From Promethearchaeia archaeon (GTDB taxonomy: Archaea; Asgardarchaeota; Lokiarchaeia; Sigyniarchaeales; SOKP01): a stretch of DNA of 64,000 bases. The notes under the pieces are model-generated. The model worked only from the letters and a program-made list of their open reading frames with translations, was not told the DNA's origin and ran no database searches. Where the stretch lies: contig JAHQWK010000002.1 in NCBI GenBank assembly GCA_029856145.1, positions 128,001-192,000 of the forward strand. The letters run 5' to 3'. A program made the position numbers and the translations under genes. Positions 60,092 to 64,000 of the stretch are shown here, in pieces (the stretch's first letter is position 1; each line of letters begins with the position of its first letter).

Positions 60092-61852
60092 TCAATGAGT
60101 AAAATAACAATAGAGATGATCATCTTCACACTTTATAGGGTTAACAAATCCGAACCGTTCGAATTGAATTGTTTGGTTCATAGGTATTTCTAAAAGATTT
60201 AATTCCCCCTTTCCTTTTGATAAAATCCCGTCGGGATTTAAAATTGAAACATTAATATTTTCATCTTTGGGAACCCATTGTATAATTGAAAACTCTCGAT
60301 CTAATTCCTTACTATGATATGATGCAAAGATTGTATTTTTATTCAAATCAACGGAATTAATCTTGATATTCATCAAATCTTTTAACCGAACAACCTGATC
60401 CTTTTTAAAATTTTTCGCATCAGATAAAGCAATTAATATATTCGATTGGTTGTTTTTTATAATGCATCTTATGCTTCTTTTTCCTTTTTTTGGTTCAGTC
60501 GGATGTAAGAGTGGCTCTGCAATATATTCTTTTTCGGGAATGTTATCAATAATAGTTAATATTGGATTTTCAACATAAAAATATCTATTAGAGATTTCAT
60601 CTATAATATCTTGATTTTTCGAATACAACCAATTTACAGAAAATGTTATTCCTGATTGAGACATGCCCAGTTCTAATAAGGTTTGTCTTAAAGCTTCTGG
60701 TCTTATCCCACGTTTTTTAAGAGATTGTAAACTCCATGTCCTGGGGTCTTCCCATCCTTCATATTTTCCATTCTGAATATTATTTCTTGATTTTGTTTTA
60801 CTTAATTTCATATCAGCAAAATTAAGTCTTCCATAATAAAGTAATTCAGCTTTTCTCCAACCAAAATGATCCCAAATAAATTCCTCTATAATACCTTCTT
60901 TGACTAAATCGATACCTCTCAATATGTGAGTTGCACCTATTAAATAATCGTCAATTGCCCAGGAATATTCTAACATTGGCCACACAACATATTTATTACC
61001 TACTCTTGGATGTTCTGCTTCAGAAATCCTCATTATGATTTGATCTCTTAAAGCGGGATCTTTTTGATCCATTCCCGTTTTTAATCTTACTACAACATCA
61101 CCTTCAGAGTATTTTCTATTGAGCATAGCTTTCCATTCTTCTAAGTTTTTTTCAATCGTTTGATCCCGATGAGGGCAATTTATCTTTTGTTTCTTATATT
61201 TTTCCCGAAATTCGTCAGCAGAACAAAAACAAACATAAGTAATATTATCTTTAATTAATCTTTCGCAATAATCATAAAAAATATCTAATCTATCACTTTT
61301 ATAGAATATTTTGCTATATTTTACACCTAACCATTCTAAACCGTCTTTTATTAATTCATAAGCTTCTGGTAAAACATATTTAGCTTTAGGACTATCCCGT
61401 AATGATTTAGGACTCCCAATTGTATCATCATAAAAAAGAATAAGTTCACCATTATATTTTTTAATATACTCATGGTTTAATATGATCATTCTAGCATTTC
61501 CTATGTGTAATGCACCACTCGGGTAAGGGGCTAAACGCATAATAATTTTTTCAAATTTAGTAAGGTTATGTAATTCTGGTAATTCTTTTTTTTCTTCTAA
61601 CTTTTCTTTTCTATCCAAGGCGTGAGGATCCAACTTTAATAACTGTTTTTTTTGTTCCTCAACTGTTAATTTTAAAATTTCATCTATAACTTGATCCAGT
61701 ATGGGTTTAATACCTTTAGTTTGGGTTCTTAAATCAGGTCTAGAAGCGATTATTTTTTTCATAATTGCCTTTTTGTCTGGGTGTCCATTAAATTCTACAG
61801 CATTTTTCAAACTATATAACCAAACCATTTGCTTAATATCTCTATCAGACAT
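60092..61852 (-). CDS. gltX: Glutamate--tRNA ligase (archaeal type)
   Basis: RLAPYPSGALHIGN, THILRG, LSKT, QFERFGF. Confidence 0.95.
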   Translation of the reverse strand: MSDRDIKQMVWLYSLKNAVEFNGHPDKKAIMKKIIASRPDLRTQTKGIKPILDQVIDEILKLTVEEQKKQLLKLDPHALDRKEKLEEKKELPELHNLTKFEKIIMRLAPYPSGALHIGNARMIILNHEYIKKYNGELILFYDDTIGSPKSLRDSPKAKYVLPEAYELIKDGLEWLGVKYSKIFYKSDRLDIFYDYCERLIKDNITYVCFCSADEFREKYKKQKINCPHRDQTIEKNLEEWKAMLNRKYSEGDVVVRLKTGMDQKDPALRDQIIMRISEAEHPRVGNKYVVWPMLEYSWAIDDYLIGATHILRGIDLVKEGIIEEFIWDHFGWRKAELLYYGRLNFADMKLSKTKSRNNIQNGKYEGWEDPRTWSLQSLKKRGIRPEALRQTLLELGMSQSGITFSVNWLYSKNQDIIDEISNRYFYVENPILTIIDNIPEKEYIAEPLLHPTEPKKGKRSIRCIIKNNQSNILIALSDAKNFKKDQVVRLKDLMNIKINSVDLNKNTIFASYHSKELDREFSIIQWVPKDENINVSILNPDGILSKGKGELNLLEIPMNQTIQFERFGFVNPIKCEDDHLYCYFTH

Positions 61853-61920
61853 CTATGGTAATCATCTAATTTTGTTTCTTCTAAAAATATTAAATATTAA
61901 AAATTAATTTAAAATAAATT

Positions 61921-62886
61921 TCATAATTTAGAAAGGTTTTGAATGATTTCATTAGTTTCTTTCATGATTCGTTCAATTAAATCTTTAACTGTAGGTATAT
62001 CGTGAATAAGACCTACACCCTGACCAACAGAAACTACACCAACATCTAAATTGCCTTCATCATACATTAACCTTGATTTAGCTCCAGCAGCAGCATTAAA
62101 TATTTCCATTTGGTCACTTTTTGAAGTTTCTAATTCGAGAACTTTTTGTGCTGCTTGATTATTCCATACTCGATGAGTAGCATTAAGCGAACGCATAATA
62201 ATTATTGTATCATAGATTGTAGCATTTAAAAGAGCTTGTTTTAAGTTCTCATGAATGGGACATTCTTGTGTAGCTAAAAGACGAGTACCTATTAGTGCAG
62301 CTCCCGCTCCTAACGCTAATACTGCAGCTATACCTCTTCCATCCGAGATACCCCCTCCAGCTACAACAGGGATATCTAAAGCATCAATAGTAGCAGGTGT
62401 TAATACGAGTGTTCCAATATCAAAACGTCCTGTAGCACCCCCATTTTCCCAACCAACTACTTCTACAATATCAGCTCCTAATGAAGCGGCTTTTTTCGCA
62501 TATCTCACACCAGCACATTTGTGAATCCAAATTATATCATTTTTTTTGAATAAAGGAATATATTTATCCGGAGCTTGATGACCAGAAGTTTCAATAATCT
62601 TGACTCCTTCATCAATCATCACTTTAACTAAATCAATTTGCTTTATTGGTCTTAGCATAGGAAATAAATTTACATTTACTGCAACTGGTTTATCTGTTAA
62701 ATCTTTTAATTCGTTTAATGCTTGACGTAATGGTTCGGGTTTACGAAACATCACGGAAGCCAGAATTCCAAGGGCACCAGCATTTGAACAAGCAGCGGCA
62801 AATGAGGGATAACTAATATTCATCATATTTCCACAGAAAATTGGATATTTTATACCTAACATTTCTGTTACTTTTGTTTTTAACAT
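61921..62886 (-). CDS. Nitronate monooxygenase / FabK-like flavoprotein
   Basis: NAGALG, IHKC, VAGGGISDGRG, GTR. Confidence 0.85.
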   Translation of the reverse strand: MLKTKVTEMLGIKYPIFCGNMMNISYPSFAAACSNAGALGILASVMFRKPEPLRQALNELKDLTDKPVAVNVNLFPMLRPIKQIDLVKVMIDEGVKIIETSGHQAPDKYIPLFKKNDIIWIHKCAGVRYAKKAASLGADIVEVVGWENGGATGRFDIGTLVLTPATIDALDIPVVAGGGISDGRGIAAVLALGAGAALIGTRLLATQECPIHENLKQALLNATIYDTIIIMRSLNATHRVWNNQAAQKVLELETSKSDQMEIFNAAAGAKSRLMYDEGNLDVGVVSVGQGVGLIHDIPTVKDLIERIMKETNEIIQNLSKL

Positions 62887-62988
62887 AAATCTACCACTTT
62901 TTTTAGAACATGTTATAAGAAATTAATATAATTAATAGAACTATTATTATAAAAAATATAAAATTTCATTTTATCAGATATCGCAATT

Positions 62989-63645
62989 TTACGCAAATAG
63001 ACTTATAATATCGGCGACGTTAATCTCTGTTAGATCTTTAATAATTAATTGAGCACCAAGAAGTTCTTCTTTATCATGTGTCGTTGTAAGGGCAATCGAA
63101 ATCATTCCCGCTCGTTTAGCTGCTTCTATACCAACTGGAGCATCTTCAATAACTAAACAATTTTTTGGATTGATGTTTAGGATTTTAGCAGCATTTAGAA
63201 ACACATCTGGTTCAGGCTTCCCATTCTTAACATCAGCTGCTGTAATAATAACGTCAAAATAAGCTTTGATTTTTAGCTGAGATAATAATAACTCCACATT
63301 TTCAGGTGGCCCACTTGAACCTACAGCCAATTTGAAGCCCTCTGATTCTAATTCTTTTATAATTCTTAATACCCCCGGCAAAGGTGTTAACTTTTCTCTT
63401 ACCATTTCCCGATAATATTGCTCTTTAAGACTAGCCCATTTTTCAACAATAACTTTATCTACTTCTGGACCTAATAATTTTCGAGTAATTGTGGGTGATT
63501 GTTGACCAAAGGTTTGTTCAAACATATCTCTTGTAAAATTTACACCAATTTCTGCTGCCATTTTAACCCAGCTTTCAAAATGAATGGGTCCAGTATCTGC
63601 TAGAACTCCATCCATATCGAAAATAACACAATAATCACTAAACAT
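62989..63645 (-). CDS. HAD family phosphatase (beta-PGM/CbbY-like)
   Basis: FDMDGV, GKPEPD, VIEDAPVG. Confidence 0.9.
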   Translation of the reverse strand: MFSDYCVIFDMDGVLADTGPIHFESWVKMAAEIGVNFTRDMFEQTFGQQSPTITRKLLGPEVDKVIVEKWASLKEQYYREMVREKLTPLPGVLRIIKELESEGFKLAVGSSGPPENVELLLSQLKIKAYFDVIITAADVKNGKPEPDVFLNAAKILNINPKNCLVIEDAPVGIEAAKRAGMISIALTTTHDKEELLGAQLIIKDLTEINVADIISLFA

Positions 63646-63725
63646 AGTTTTAACTATAAAGAACAATTAGATAATTTTTATAGAGAATCATTAATTTTTA
63701 AGAATTACAAATAGAAAATTATAAT

Positions 63726-63830
63726 AGTCCGGTAGTCTAGTATGGATAGGGCGCTGGCTTGCGGAGCCAGATATCGAGGGTTCAAACCTCTTAGCATATA
63801 GCAAGGAGGGAATATATCCCCCCCGGGCTA
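63726..63830 (+). tRNA. tRNA-Arg(GCG) with a 30-nt BHB-type intron in the T-loop (63786-63815, position 58/59)
   Basis: Acceptor AGTCCGG/CCGGGCT, anticodon arm CTGGC-TTGCGGA-GCCAG, central helix GTTC/GAAT, intron stem CCTCTT/AGGAGG. Confidence 0.88.
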
Positions 63831-63855
63831 CTAACTTTTAAATTACTTGGTTAAT

Positions 63856-64000
63856 ATTTAATTTAATTTACTCAATAATATCTAAGATTTCTAAAATATT
63901 ATTGATTTTTCGTAGATTTGATACATTAATTTCCTTTTCAAAGGGGAATTTATATTTTCTTTCAAGTAAAATTGATTGTATATTGGCTCTTTTGGCACCA
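63856..64000 (-). CDS. C-terminal fragment of a probable HAD hydrolase (gene continues beyond the window)
   Basis: GAKRANIQSILL...KINNILEILDIL* reading from 63999. Confidence 0.55.

Noticed and set aside
61380-61420. Short insertion with a direct repeat (AGTCCTAAA x2, SPKSLRDSPK) in gltX as a possible in-frame intron
   Set aside because: No BHB could be folded and the frame is intact; it is more likely a protein loop.
1408-62524. Numerous short antisense or overlapping ORFs in the track (e.g. 1408-1689, 3743-4093, 5845-6147, 30709-31221, 33112-33402, 35490-35786, 51878-52237, 62255-62524)
   Set aside because: They are shadow ORFs opposite well-supported genes and have no recognisable motifs.

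Overview
AT-rich archaeal chromosomal segment that looks like an Asgard archaeon (Lokiarchaeia/Promethearchaeota-type). The assignment is an inference from gene content: archaeal histone, rps8e, SRP19, proteasome beta, archaeal-type GltX, Ftr and MtxX, together with eukaryotic-signature-like proteins (Rag-like and Arf-like small GTPases, longin/uDENN-like domains, a PCI-like giant protein) and a Loki-type LRR-family protein. About 55 CDSs and three tRNAs (His-GUG, Pro-GGG, Arg-GCG) are present; the tRNAs carry four 30-31 nt introns, all at non-canonical positions. Main finding: an FAD-linked oxidase gene (33027-34540) looks frameshifted in the ORF track but is interrupted by a 32-nt insert (33153-33184). 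The insert folds into a strict bulge-helix-bulge (BHB) motif, and its predicted tRNA-splicing-endonuclease cut sites restore the reading frame exactly. It is therefore a candidate archaeal-type mRNA intron in a metabolic operon. Other notable items: a uDENN/longin-PAS-GAF-PAS sensor abutting two small GTPase genes, a C13 (legumain/GPI8-like) protease next to a C-terminally anchored surface protein, a 1469-aa prenyltransferase-repeat/coiled-coil/PCI-like membrane protein, a deletion-scar pseudogene, and probable ATA/ATT start codons. No CRISPR array, rRNA or transposase was seen. All domain calls were made by eye from motifs; no database searches were run.
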